64,000 nt of DNA, taken from contig OZ024746.1 of assembly GCA_964016885.1 (NCBI GenBank), forward strand, positions 29,326,001 to 29,390,000. Direction: 5' to 3'. This DNA comes from Eledone cirrhosa (lineage: Eukaryota). Of this stretch, positions 1 to 12,739 are shown piece by piece (within the stretch, counting starts at the first letter, position 1; each line of letters begins with the position of its first letter). The translations under genes were made by a program, and so were the position numbers. The notes under the pieces are model-generated. The model saw only the letters and a program-made list of their open reading frames with translations. It made no database searches and was not told the DNA's origin.

Positions 1-91
1 TTAATGTAACATCTTAGAAGCATGTGAGCTTCGAAGGTCAGACACACTGTTCGTATGGCCACAAGCTGCGGTTCCCAGTACACACACACAC

Positions 92-172
<81 letters not shown>

Positions 173-1129
173 CATATATCTGTTAGTTTGTAGTGCGTTA
201 TATCGCCCTCTTATGTCATACACACCAATTAACATTATTTATATATCATTATATAGTTTTGCTTATCCTGCCACCTTTCCTTCCAGTCAATATAACCTGC
301 TACCTCCACATCTCACAGCTTCAGCTGGCCAACTTCATTAAGGTTATCATGCAATGCAATGCAATATAATTTAGTTTTCTGTTATTTTCTTTGAGAAACT
401 CTGCAAGCTTTACGTTGAATAGCACCAGTGTTCGCTGCACGTTTTGTTTATTTTACGAGATTCACTGAAACGCCTTCTATCAACTGCTCGGTCCTTTAGC
501 ACAAGTTGAAAAATAAAAAAATGAAAGAGAAAAAAGATGAAAAATAGGCTTGAATTTTCGCAGAGAACCCAACACAACTAATTTAAATGATTTGCATAAT
601 TCACATATTAAAATGTCGTCAAAAAGAACAAGAAAATACAAACAAACAAAAAACATCTATTTATTAATCTCTGTTGACATAGCTGTTTAATGGAAGCAGG
701 TGCGTTCCTTCGTATTGAAAGATTGTTTTAACACTTTTGTTACCATATTTCTATTGAAAGACACTGCTTATGGTTTTGAAATAATTTTGAAAATGATAAA
801 GAATTTGGAGTGATTTAATTATATAACTAACTTACTTATTATTTGGGTGGTGTTTAGAAATTCGGTTTTATAATGCACGGATACATAATACACAGATACA
901 TATTTGTCATTAATACTTTCTTTTAAATTTGATACATACACAGACAATACATAATATACATTGTTAATACAACCATAAATATATACATTGTTAATACAAC
1001 TCGACACACTTAAGGAACGCCACGAGCAATGTATAGACCTTCCATCAATATATATGCTGATACTCACAAACAATTAAAAACTACCCACATATATATTCTT
1101 TTAATTTCTTAATCTATCTTCTATCGTAC

Positions 1130-1165
1130 TTTCCTGATGAAAGACTAACGTCCGATACGTTGAAC
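1130..1165 (+). ncRNA. Degenerate hammerhead (same family as 22744)
   Basis: ttcCTGATGAaagactaacgtccGATACgttgaa, with GAAA mutated to GATA. Further decayed relatives at about 8385-8416 (+) and 17640-17675 (-). Confidence 0.55.
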
Positions 1166-1251
1166 TTTGTTTCTCTTTCATCCAAAGTGTGAACCTAATA
1201 CGACTAAATGTTTTTTGTATGTTTGTGCTTGTTATTATATATTATATATAT

Positions 1252-1440
1252 GGTGGATTGGCAGTATCGGTAGAAGGCCGGGCGCTATGCTTTGCAGCAT
1301 AGAGTTATGGCCCTTGCCATTCTGAGTTCAAATCCCACCGAGGTTAACTTTGCCTTTCATCCTTACGGGGTCGATAAAATAAAGTACCAGAAATGCACTG
1401 GGTAATTGCTGGCCTTGTGCCAAAAGTAGAAACAATTATA
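1252..1440 (+). mobile_element. SINE, same family
   Basis: Matches 59922-60112. Other + copies at about 10085-10268, 17385-17605, 20262-20458, 22500-22675 and 57665-57770. Confidence 0.88.
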
Positions 1441-1550
1441 TATATATATATATGGTATATGGTTAGTTTCAGAAGATCCCGTTAGGGTGAAAGCAGCGAT
1501 TCTTTGCTTAAACTTTAATCTGATATTTTAATAAATAAATAAATATATAT

Positions 1551-1592
<42 letters not shown>

Positions 1593-1718
1593 AAATTAAG
1601 ATAAATTGAATTAAATTAAATTAAATTAAATTAAATTAAGGGTGTCACGCCAGATAGACATGCGCCATATCACCCGTAAAATATGCTCCAAGATTCTCAT
1701 GAGTAGATCCGAGCATTT

Positions 1719-1936
1719 GATATCAACTAGACATTGATTGACATATAAATAGACATATGAAACAATCACAGGGGATAATTTGTAAAAGTGTGTAAGCACA
1801 CATAGCTAGGTAGGTAACTAAATAAAATTTAACTAGAACTTCAAAAATAGATACCTTATAAGGTATCTATTTTTGAAGTTCTAGTTAAACTTGTTTCATA
1901 TGTCTATTTATATGTCAATCAATTTCTAGTTGATAT
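1719..1936. repeat. Nested palindrome
   Basis: 62-bp perfect palindrome at 1828-1889 with outer arms 1719-1765 and 1891-1936. Confidence 0.85.
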
Positions 1937-1951
1937 ATATATATATTATAT

Positions 1952-2868
1952 TATACAAATGAATATATGATAGGGATAAACACTGATACAAGTATATGTG
2001 TTTGCATTGCAAATGACCAAGTTAGCTAGATTGAAAATTACTAATTAAAATAATACGGTTTGCCTGTCTCGATTTAAAATAATAAATCAATAAAAACAAA
2101 CCTATATTGGCAATAGCCGTGATACCCGGACAAATTTTAAATTTGTTTCGCAACAATTAAGTGAAAGTTCCTATTCCTGTACTCTTTTGCGGGTATCCAG
2201 AAATTGGTAAGTTTCACTTCAAAATACTTAGCTCTACGTATGGAGCGGAGAATATTATATATAGAGTTATAAACTCAAAATAGTCTTTTACAATTAAATA
2301 GCTCAAAGAAAGGAATATTTCCGAGCCGTGTAATACAAATGAATATATGATAGAGAATAAACTATTTTGAATAGACTATTTTGAGTTTATAACTCTATAT
2401 ATAATATTCTCCGCTTCATACCTAGAGCTAAGTTTTAGTCCCATAAAACCGGCTGCTATTTTTAGCGGCACGAGTATGGGACGAGCTAGGCGCTGTGACA
2501 CATGTGCGTTCAACAACACATTTCTCTCAGTCTTCTTAAGTATTTTGAAGTGAAATTTACCAATTTCTGGATACCCGCAAAAGAGTACAGGAATAGGAAC
2601 TTTCACTTAATTGTTGCGAAACAAATTTATCACGGCTATTGCCAATATAGGTTTGTTTTTATTGATTTATTATTTTAAACCGAGACAGGCAAACCATATT
2701 ATTTTAATTAGTAATTTTCAATCTAGCTAACTTGGTCATTTGCAATGCAAACACATGTATACTTGTATCAGTGTTTATCCCTACCATATATTCATTTGTA
2801 TTACACGGCTCGGAAATATTCCTTTCTTTGAGCTATTTAATTGTAAAAGACTATTTTGAGTTTATAAC
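1952..2868. repeat. Large inverted duplication of a circularly permuted unit
   Basis: 1952-2360 (+) versus 2372-2868 (-). Each arm has its own terminal direct repeat. Confidence 0.8.
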
Positions 2869-2884
2869 TTCCCCCCCCCCCCCC

Positions 2885-2917
<33 letters not shown>

Positions 2918-2934
2918 ATATAATATAATATAAT

Positions 2935-3355
2935 ATAATATAATTGTTTCTACTTTTGGCACAAGGTCAGCAAATATCCCAGTGTATTACAGGTACTTTA
3001 TTTTATCGACCCCGTAAGGATGAAAGGCAAAGTTAACCTTGGCGGGATTTGAACTCAGACCATTAGGGCCGTAAGTCTTTGCTGCAAAGCATGGCGTCCG
3101 ACCCTCTACCGATACTGCCAATCCACCGTCCTTATAATATAATATAATGATATATATATATAATATAATATAATTGTTTCTACTTTTGGCACAAGGCCAG
3201 CAATTATCCCAGTGTATTACTGGTACTTTATTTTATCGACCCCGTAAGGATGAAAGGCAAAGTTAACCTCGCCGGGATTTCAACTCAGTCCGTAAAGGGA
3301 CGTAACTGTGCTGCAAAGCATGGCGTCCGACCCTCTACCGATACTGCCAATCCAA
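2935..3355 (-). mobile_element. Two tandem SINE copies
   Basis: 2935-3135 and 3165-3355. Other - copies at about 15705-15880, 15905-16110, 27683-27800, 42510-42715 and 55728-55836. Confidence 0.88.
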
Positions 3356-3374
3356 ATATAATATAATGATATAT

Positions 3375-4139
3375 ATATATATAAAATATAAAACTGAGTG
3401 TCCTATGTATGTATTATGTATGTATCCTACACACCTCCCTATAGTTTCTTAGCTTTACTCTCTCTATAATAGGTCATTCCCCCTCTCTATAATTTAACTG
3501 CTTTACTCTCTCTGTCGCTCTTCACTCTCAAATATTATAAAGCTGAGCGTCATCTTGCTCTCACTCTCCCTCTTTCACCCGCTCTATAATTTAACTGCTT
3601 TACTCTCTGTCTCTCTTCACTCTCTATATGACAACACTCTTTTACTTTCCGTATCTACCTTCAATATATCAACATAGAGATGAGCGTCGTATGTAAATTC
3701 GGTCAACACGTATGTATCCTACACACCTCCCTATAGTTTCTTAGCTTTACTCTCTCCGTCGCTATTCACTCTCTAATATTATAAAGCTGAGCGTCGTCTC
3801 TCTCTCTCTCCCTCTTTCACCCTCTCTATAATTTAACTGCTTTACTCTCTGTCTCTCTTCACTCTCTATATGACACCACTCTTTTACTTTCCGTGTCTAC
3901 CTTCAATATATCAACATAGAGATGAGCGTCGTATGTATGTTTATTTCAAAAGGATAACCTGCTTCAAATTCGGTCAACACACAAGCAGGTAATACATACA
4001 TCAAAAGGCAACCCTCTTAGAGAGACAGAGAGTGAAAGAGACAGATTAGGAAAACTACACACACACACACACACATCTAAAGAGAGAGAGGAGAGAGGAG
4101 AGAGAGAGTAAGAGAGAGAGAGAGAGAGAGAGAGGGAGG

Positions 4140-4227
<88 letters not shown>

Positions 4228-4660
4228 CAGGGACAGAGAAACAGAGGGACGGGCAAGCAGGTAATACATACATCTAAAATCATTTGGATACCAATATCAT
4301 AATATAATGGTTGCAGAACAAATATAATAATGTATGTATCCCACACACTTTTTCTGTCGTCGCTCGCATAAGTAACACACACACACACACTCACACACAC
4401 ACAAATACACATACTTTCACACCTTATTTCGCCAATTGCCGGATAACATCAAAACAAAACACACAGACACACACATGCACATACACACATACACAAACAC
4501 ACATACACATACACAAACACACATACACACATATCTATACTTTATATGTATGTATGTATGTAAGATCATTCCCCCTCTCTATAATTTAACTGCTTTACTC
4601 TCTCTGTCGCTCTTCACTCTCTGTATGACAACACTGTTTCAGTTTCCGTATCTCCCTTCA

Positions 4661-4724
<64 letters not shown>

Positions 4725-4811
4725 GGAAAACTACACACACACATCTATAGAGAGAGACAGAAAAACAGAGGGAGGCGAAAAGAGAGAGATAGGCTGTTAG
4801 AGAGAGAGATA

Positions 4812-4882
<71 letters not shown>

Positions 4883-4978
4883 AAGGACAATGTGACACGG
4901 GAGGGTGTGTGGTATCTTTGCAGTGAAGTGGTGGGGGCAGGCATACCTAGCCGGGCGCCAGCCGGACGGGCCAGCTAG
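3375..4978 (+). mobile_element. Non-autonomous Helitron
   Basis: 5' tatataaaactgagtgtc; 3' hairpin ccgggcgccagccgg followed by CTAG|T. Internal duplication (about 3415-3695 vs 3710-3935) and (AG)n tracts. Confidence 0.7.
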
Positions 4979-5034
4979 TATATATATATATAAAATAAAA
5001 AGGACGAGGTGTTAGATCTTCATTATATTTATTG

Positions 5035-5125
5035 AGGAATGATGTGCGTTTCGCGATTGATAAGCGCAATGCTCTATCTCTATCAATCGGGCCCTACTAT
5101 GGAATCAAAAGCTCGTCGGACTCCT
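5035..5125 (-). ncRNA. Degenerate hammerhead with extended stem II
   Basis: aggagt-CCGACGA-gc...cgattgatag/cttatcaatcg-c-GAAAC-gcacATC|attcct. Stem I pairs over 6 bp; U4 and stem III carry substitutions. Confidence 0.45.
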
Positions 5126-5267
5126 GCTTTGGTAATGAGAGAATGATTCAATTACAGCATTCAGAGAATACTCAGCTTAGTACAACACCTATATACCTAC
5201 TGGAAACTACGGATCGGGTGCTCACTTTGGTGAACCTACAGTACCTGGATGTTACAATACCAATACA

Positions 5268-5388
<121 letters not shown>

Positions 5389-5397
5389 ATATGTATA

Positions 5398-5580
5398 TAA
5401 CGAAGGAAATGTGGTAAGGAACCAGGTGGACCATAACGCACCAAAGTACTCAATACTTGAGGTAGTAGAGTGGGTAATAGGAACCAGTAAGACCCCGACA
5501 GCTGAGCTCAAGCCGTTTCGACGGCTAATTCTGGACGAAACGGCTTGAGCTCAGCTGTCGGGGTCTTACTGGTTCCTATA
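5398..5580. repeat. (TA)n-embedded repeat with a 43-bp hairpin; family members at 28345-28410, 28975-29057 and 49178-49318
   Basis: Arms 5477-5520 and 5536-5579 with a 15-nt loop. Confidence 0.8.
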
Positions 5581-5584
5581 TATG

Positions 5585-5619
<35 letters not shown>

Positions 5620-5684
5620 GTGTGTGTATATTCAAATACGTGTGTGCATGGATGTAACACTCATTACAAAAGTTCAAGAAAGAG

Positions 5685-5720
<36 letters not shown>

Positions 5721-6141
5721 TATTATCATCAGCAAGAGCAACAACAACAGAGAAATAAACAATAATCAAATAAATAACAAAGCAAACAAAACAAACAAAC
5801 AATGAAAATCAAAATGGCCGACATTTCAGTTTTGTCTGTATTGTGTAGTAGTTTAAAAACGTGATGAATAAGCCATTTATTTATATTTCTCTCTTTTACT
5901 CTAAATGTAGTAATATCTTCTATTTAGATGGTGTGGCAATTATGTGTTTATCTGGTCAAGTAATTTCTTAAGAGCGATTCAATTTGTCTTGTCGAGCTGA
6001 CAACCATACTTAATAGTTATGTACGACAGTCAAAATGTTTTCTATTTTATTTGACCTTTTCTAAAACACATTTAAACAAAGGAACTATTATATTAAGTAA
6101 TTTTTCTTTTCAGAAGTATGCATGGCGAGATATATGGGTGG

Positions 6142-6216
<75 letters not shown>

Positions 6217-6288
6217 TGTGTGTGTGTGCTCTACATGTATAGAACACAGCGGTGAGAGTTAAATCAGTGTGTGTATAAGCATTCCTGT

Positions 6289-6320
<32 letters not shown>

Positions 6321-6349
6321 ATCAATATATATATGTGTATGTGAGTGTT

Positions 6350-6380
<31 letters not shown>

Positions 6381-6563
6381 AGGCATATATGCGCGCATAC
6401 ACACATATACAGACACATATACATATATATGCGTGTTTATGAAAGAATGTGTTTATTTGTAATTATGCAAGCGCGTAGGTGTATGTGGCTATAGTTATAT
6501 GCTTGTTTGTGCTTCGCTCTCTTCCTCTTTCTCTCTCTCTCTCTCTCTGTCTCACTCACACAC

Positions 6564-6599
<36 letters not shown>

Positions 6600-7012
6600 G
6601 AATATATATATAAATATATATACGAATATATATATAAATATATATACGAATATATATATATATATATATATACGAATATAAATATATATATATACGAATA
6701 TATATATAAATATATATATATACGAATATATATATAAATATATATATATACGAATATATATATAAATATATATATATACGAATATATATATATGTATACC
6801 ATATTGATGTGTTCCACTGTTGTAATTAATTTTATTTCTCTAATACCTGTGAAGATTTGTCTCCATGTCCGGTAACCTACTTCCGGTACAATTTCCTCTC
6901 CAGTGCCATCAAACAGCCACTCGCTCATTACACAAAGGAGACATTATTGGATAACCGATTCCGGTATACTGTCGGAAGAACGTTTAAAGTATTATACCTA
7001 ATACACTCCTGA

Positions 7013-7052
<40 letters not shown>

Positions 7053-8349
7053 GCACATCCACACAGCCGCACACTCACACACACACACAGTAGCACACTT
7101 ACAGCTGCACATTCATCCACTCACACACACATACACACTCACACATACACACACATTCATAGACTGTAGCACACTTACACACAGCCGCACATTCACACAC
7201 TCACACACTCACACACACAGACACTGCCGCACACTCACGTTCACACAAAGAGATAGGCAAATACACGTGCACACATATACACACACACTCGTGGGTGGCT
7301 GGCCGCTCCGTACCACACGCACGTTTGCTTCCATCTGGACGTCAAGATGATTACATAAGTAATGCGTAGACAATTTTAGTTCACTTTTAATTTAATTTTT
7401 ATTTTTGTTATATGTCAGCACAGGAGCCGGGTGGTAAATTGTTGCAACACAGTCTTTTTGGTGTGGGTTCCATTTTAGTGGCAGTTGTTTCACTGAGTAG
7501 ATTTTTTTCTCTTTTTTTTTTAATGTATTGTTCGGAGTAGGGGAACCATGCCCATAAAGAATTTTAAGGTCTCCTCACGTCTAAAGTCTGGTTCGAATGT
7601 TTGCAAAAGGGTTGACACTACCAAGGGCACCCAAAATCATCAAAGGGACAGGTGATTGTGTTAAACTGGGTGAATTGTTATGTCTGTCACCTAATTGATC
7701 AAAAACGGGATTCGCAATGTCCCGGAGAAATATCGCAAGGTATCTCGATTGACACTACTAACCCCTACCCACCAAACCTGGATTCATACTTTATTTCTCG
7801 ACTCTAAAACGAATGATATACAAAGTTGACGCAGATAAGAATTGAACCCAGAGCGCAGAAAACTGGAATAAATACCGCAAAACATTTATTCCGACTATCT
7901 ATAGACCTGACCAAAATCATTTTTCCTCCTCACCAAATTAAATGTTTGATACTTTCGTACCCATAATGTTCTCTTCACATTCTTGTAACGATGGCAGAGT
8001 TGTATGATTTGTTTGTTTTTCTTTTCAATTATTTGTTAAGGGGTAAGGAAAACGACAGGGCGAGAAATAATCTTCCAGTATGTCATAATCTGGACCCGGT
8101 TTCGATTCTCATTTGACACGAGTTTAATTAATTTTTACTGCTAACAGGAAAGTCATAAACACTATACCATCCTATCCAACTCGCCTTCACTTCAGAAACT
8201 ATCTCTAAGTTTTCATTTTTTCAGTGATGGCTTACTAACATGAACATTTACTTTCTCTCCTCTTTACCATTTCCTCCGTTTTCCTCCGTTTTCCTTCTTA
8301 CTCTCTTCTGTAATTCTGTCTCTGCTTCTCTCCCTGAAATACTATCTCC

Positions 8350-8387
<38 letters not shown>

Positions 8388-8821
8388 CCGACGAAGAACT
8401 AGCGCCTGAAACGTTACACTTCTTTTCCATCTATATCAAGCATTAAACTAATATACCAATATATGATATTTGCATTGTATTGTTCTCCTTTGTTGCCTTT
8501 TCTTTATATATAAACCGTTAGATTCGCTAGTGCTTCGTATAGAATATGTTTTCGGCTCTGTGTCAGATTTGAACTCAGAACACTAAAGGCCAGAATAAAT
8601 ATGGCAGGGTATGTAATCAACTGCTCTACCGACAGTACCTATTCACCGCCATTCTTTAACGCAAACAGAATAATGAAGACAACAAATTAAAGACTGAAGT
8701 TTTCTCTCCGGGCCCCAATATTACAGAGATATGAAAATATGTGAAAATAAGAAAAATGCAGTGCATAAATCATTGTTTCTATGTTATTTTCACTAATGGG
8801 ACGCAGCAAGGTGCCTGGGAA

Positions 8822-8869
<48 letters not shown>

Positions 8870-9899
8870 GTGTGATATTAACACAAAACAAAATAGGATT
8901 TATTATTAGAAAACAACCCAGAGAAAGAACATAGGCTCAGACTGAAAAAATCGCTAAAACTTACATACAATATAAAGCCTACAAGACTACATATTGTGTT
9001 TAAACACATATACACACTGTGTATGAAGCAAGAATTAAAAACAAAATTACAAACAGTGAATTAGTTTAAAAATAACCTATGTCCAACTTATGTGTAAACA
9101 AGTTATTTTAACAAAACAAGAAACCACACCAATGTTTACATCACAATAGATCCGAACCAAATTTTACTGTACCAATGTATTGATAAACAGAAAAAATTGA
9201 AAAAATCTGTCATGACTGTTGAAATGAAATTTATAAGATTTCATGGCGTTATTTTATCAAGCAGCTGAATAGAAATGACCAAAAAGGATCTCCGTATCTG
9301 TCGACTATGAATGTTTCAGTTCTTCGATCAATAGAACATCCCGCTCGTGAAATTAATGTGTATGTGTATGAGTATTCTACACACGCTTGTACCCTTAATG
9401 TAATTCTCGGGAGATCCAGTGTGAGACAGTGTATGACAAAGATGGTCACATGAATTACAGGTACAGCCCATCCAACGGGCTTCCAAACAGTTTCTGTCTA
9501 CTAAATTTCACTCACAAGTCATGGTTCGACACGGGGCTATGATACGTGACACTTGTTCAAGATGTCACGCAGAGGAATTGAACATGGGATCTAATGATTG
9601 CAAAGAGAACCTTTTAATCATTCGACCATGTTGTGTCCAGAAAACCTAAATATATTTCATCATATGTTTGAACAATTATAGCTGACTTAGGGCGGCGGAG
9701 TGTATGTAATTATAATAACATCAACCCCCTCCCCTCGCATCAACAAAGGATCCTCTGTACAGTCACCTAATCTGCTAGAAATAGCACCCACATCTCCCTT
9801 ATATCTTAAAATAGGTAAACTTAGATTGGACATTGTGGTCTTGGATTTATCCAGGATAGTCAGGGTAGGAAAGATTTTGATCAGTGTACATCTGCAAAG

Positions 9900-10080
9900 G
9901 CGTATCGAGATTTCCTCTGAATTTGTTTCAAGAGAAGGGTTGTTTTCCTTGAACACACATTGTCAAGAAACTTATAAATATTTTGTAAATCTTAAGAGAT
10001 TGAAGAGTCTGTGAATGGGGGACACTATCACAGGCTTTTCTATAGTCTATCTAGGCTGTGCTGAGACCTCTTTTCTTTGT
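9900..10080 (-). mobile_element. Degenerate R4/Dong-like RT fragment
   Basis: Manual translation gives KKRGLSTA*IDYRKACDSVPHSQTLQSLKIYKI, matching the WIDYKKAYDSVPH motif. Confidence 0.65.
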
Positions 10081-11014
10081 AGAGTAGTGTATCGGTAGAG
10101 GGTCGGACGCCATGCTTTCCAGCATAGTTACGTCCCTTTACGATCTGAGTAAATCCCGCCCAGGTTGACTTTGCCTTTCATCCTTACGGGGTCAATAAAA
10201 TAAAGTACCAGTAATGCACTGGGTATTTGCTGGCCTTGTGCCTAAAGTAGAAACAATTATTATTATTAATTTATGTGCATAGAACGGATCTGTTATACGT
10301 TACTATTTTCTATTGATCAGTCCATTTTCTATTATATAAATGATGTGAGTTGTATATATTAAGGTTAATTCGTATATATAGTGCTGTGTATTCTTTCGAT
10401 TTAGGCACGTTTTCTATTGTATATAAAACAGTCTACATACTATATGTGTACTGTGTCTACTAGGGTTAATTATGCAATGTACTGCACTGTATTCTTTCGA
10501 TTTAGGTACATTTTCTAATGTATCCAAACTTTTCTATATTCTATATGTGTGCTGTATTTACTAGGGTTAATTACTCAATGTAGTGCATGTATATGTGTAT
10601 AAGTCCTCGGCAGTTTTAGTTACGTATTAGTCTGCATCTGGGGCTTGTTTATGTATTATTTCTCTCTATATCACCGGCTTTATTTATATATTTCACTGCA
10701 CCTGCACTTTTGTTTATATAGCTTTGATTTATATATCGTTCTGCATTTCGGTGGATTGACACGAACGCACGAGAGCATGGACAAAATGATTCATGGCTTT
10801 AAGTTACAGCACGTTACGTTATGAGTTCAAATCCGGCCCAGATCCAGTTTACATTTCATCCTTCTGGGGTTGATAAAAACACAATACCAGTTAAGTACTC
10901 CTAAGTTGTAAATTAGTACGGTTGATATAATCTACTGAGTTCGTGTGCCTATCAGTATTAGTATTTTTATCGATCGATATTATATTGACTCACGGATGAT
11001 AAAAAGTAGTGGCA

Positions 11015-11018
11015 TAAC

Positions 11019-11061
<43 letters not shown>

Positions 11062-11624
11062 TACATCATAATCATCACCATCATCATCATCATCATCATC
11101 ATCATCACCACTCTCATCAACATCACCAACATCATTCTCACCACCACACCCCCCATCTTCAACACTATCACCATCATCATCTACATCATAATCATCACAA
11201 TCATCAGCACCACCACCACCACGACCACCATCATCATCATCACTACCACCATCTTCAACACTATCACCATCATCATCTACATCATAATCATCACAATCAT
11301 CAGCACCACCAACACCACCACCATCATCATCATCATCACTACCACCATCTTCAACACTATCACCATCATCATCTACATCATAATCATCACAATCATCAGC
11401 ACCACCACCACCACGACCACCATCATCATCATCATCACTATCGGCAGTTGTACCAGCTGTAGCAATAATTATCTCTACCACAAACACCAGCGATATCATC
11501 ATTATCACCACTACCATCATCTCCACCAGCCACAGTAACAATAATTACAACCATCACCGCCACAACCACCACCACAACCACCACCAACAACAACAGCAAC
11601 ACCAACACCACCACCACCACCATC

Positions 11625-11655
<31 letters not shown>

Positions 11656-12650
11656 CCAACACCACCAACACCACCATCACCACCACCACCACCACCACCA
11701 TCACCACCACCACCACCATCACCACCACCACCAACAACAACAACAACACCAACACCACCACCACCACCATCACCACCACCACCACCATCACCACCACCAC
11801 CACCACCATCACCACCACCACCACCATCACCACCACCACCACCATCACCACCACCACGAACAACAACAACAACAACACCAACACCACCACCACCACCACC
11901 ATCACCACCACCATCACCACCACCACCAACAACAACAACAACAACACCACCACCACCACCACCAACACCAAAAACATCACCGCCACCACCACCACAACCA
12001 CAACCACAACAACACCACCACCACCACCACCAACTCCAACACCAAAAACATCACCGCCACCACCACCACAACAACAGCAACAGCAACAACAACAACCACA
12101 TCTGTTGGGAGACCGACAAAATGTAGTTTGTGACATTTAAGTGTCAACTAGTGAACAAAAAAGGCAATAAGTCCACCCCTTCTCTCCTCAACACCCTACA
12201 CCTGACACCCCACCACCTACACCCGGCACACCCCGCCCCCTACACCCTACACCGCACCACCTACACCTAATGCACTCTCCATCTACAGCTTACCCCCCCG
12301 CCCCCACACACGCACACTACCACCTACACCTCACACCCCCACCACCTACACCTCACACCCCCACCACCTACACCTCACACCCCCACCACCTACACCTCAC
12401 ACCCCTACCACCTACACCCGGCACCTCACCCCGTACACTAAAAATCCCCACCACCTACACCTGATACCCCCACCGCCTAAACCTGACACCCCCCCACATA
12501 ACCCGACAACCCCCCCATACACACCTGACACCCCCTACACCTGACACCCCCCACAACCTACACCCGGCACCCCACCTCTACACCCAACATCCCCACCACC
12601 TACACCTGACAGCCCCCACCACCTACACATTTAGCCTCTCCCCCAACACC
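11015..12650 (+). repeat. (ATC)/(ACC)/(AAC) low-complexity arrays and C-rich cacctacacc minisatellite
   Basis: Units of about 90-100 bp at 11145-11440, trinucleotide runs to 12100, and units of about 20 bp at 12190-12650. Confidence 0.85.
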
Positions 12651-12739
12651 TCCATATATAAGAATGCATGAAAGGATGACAAAAAACGCTGATATTTGTA
12701 AATATTTTGATAAACTAGAAAGACCAGCGTCTTCTAGCC

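Noticed and set aside
6795-7005. Unique-looking segment with short [11 protein letters not shown]
   Set aside because: No recognisable domain or splice signals.
10945-12136. Poly-I/T, poly-D and poly-V ORFs
   Set aside because: Trinucleotide-repeat artefacts.
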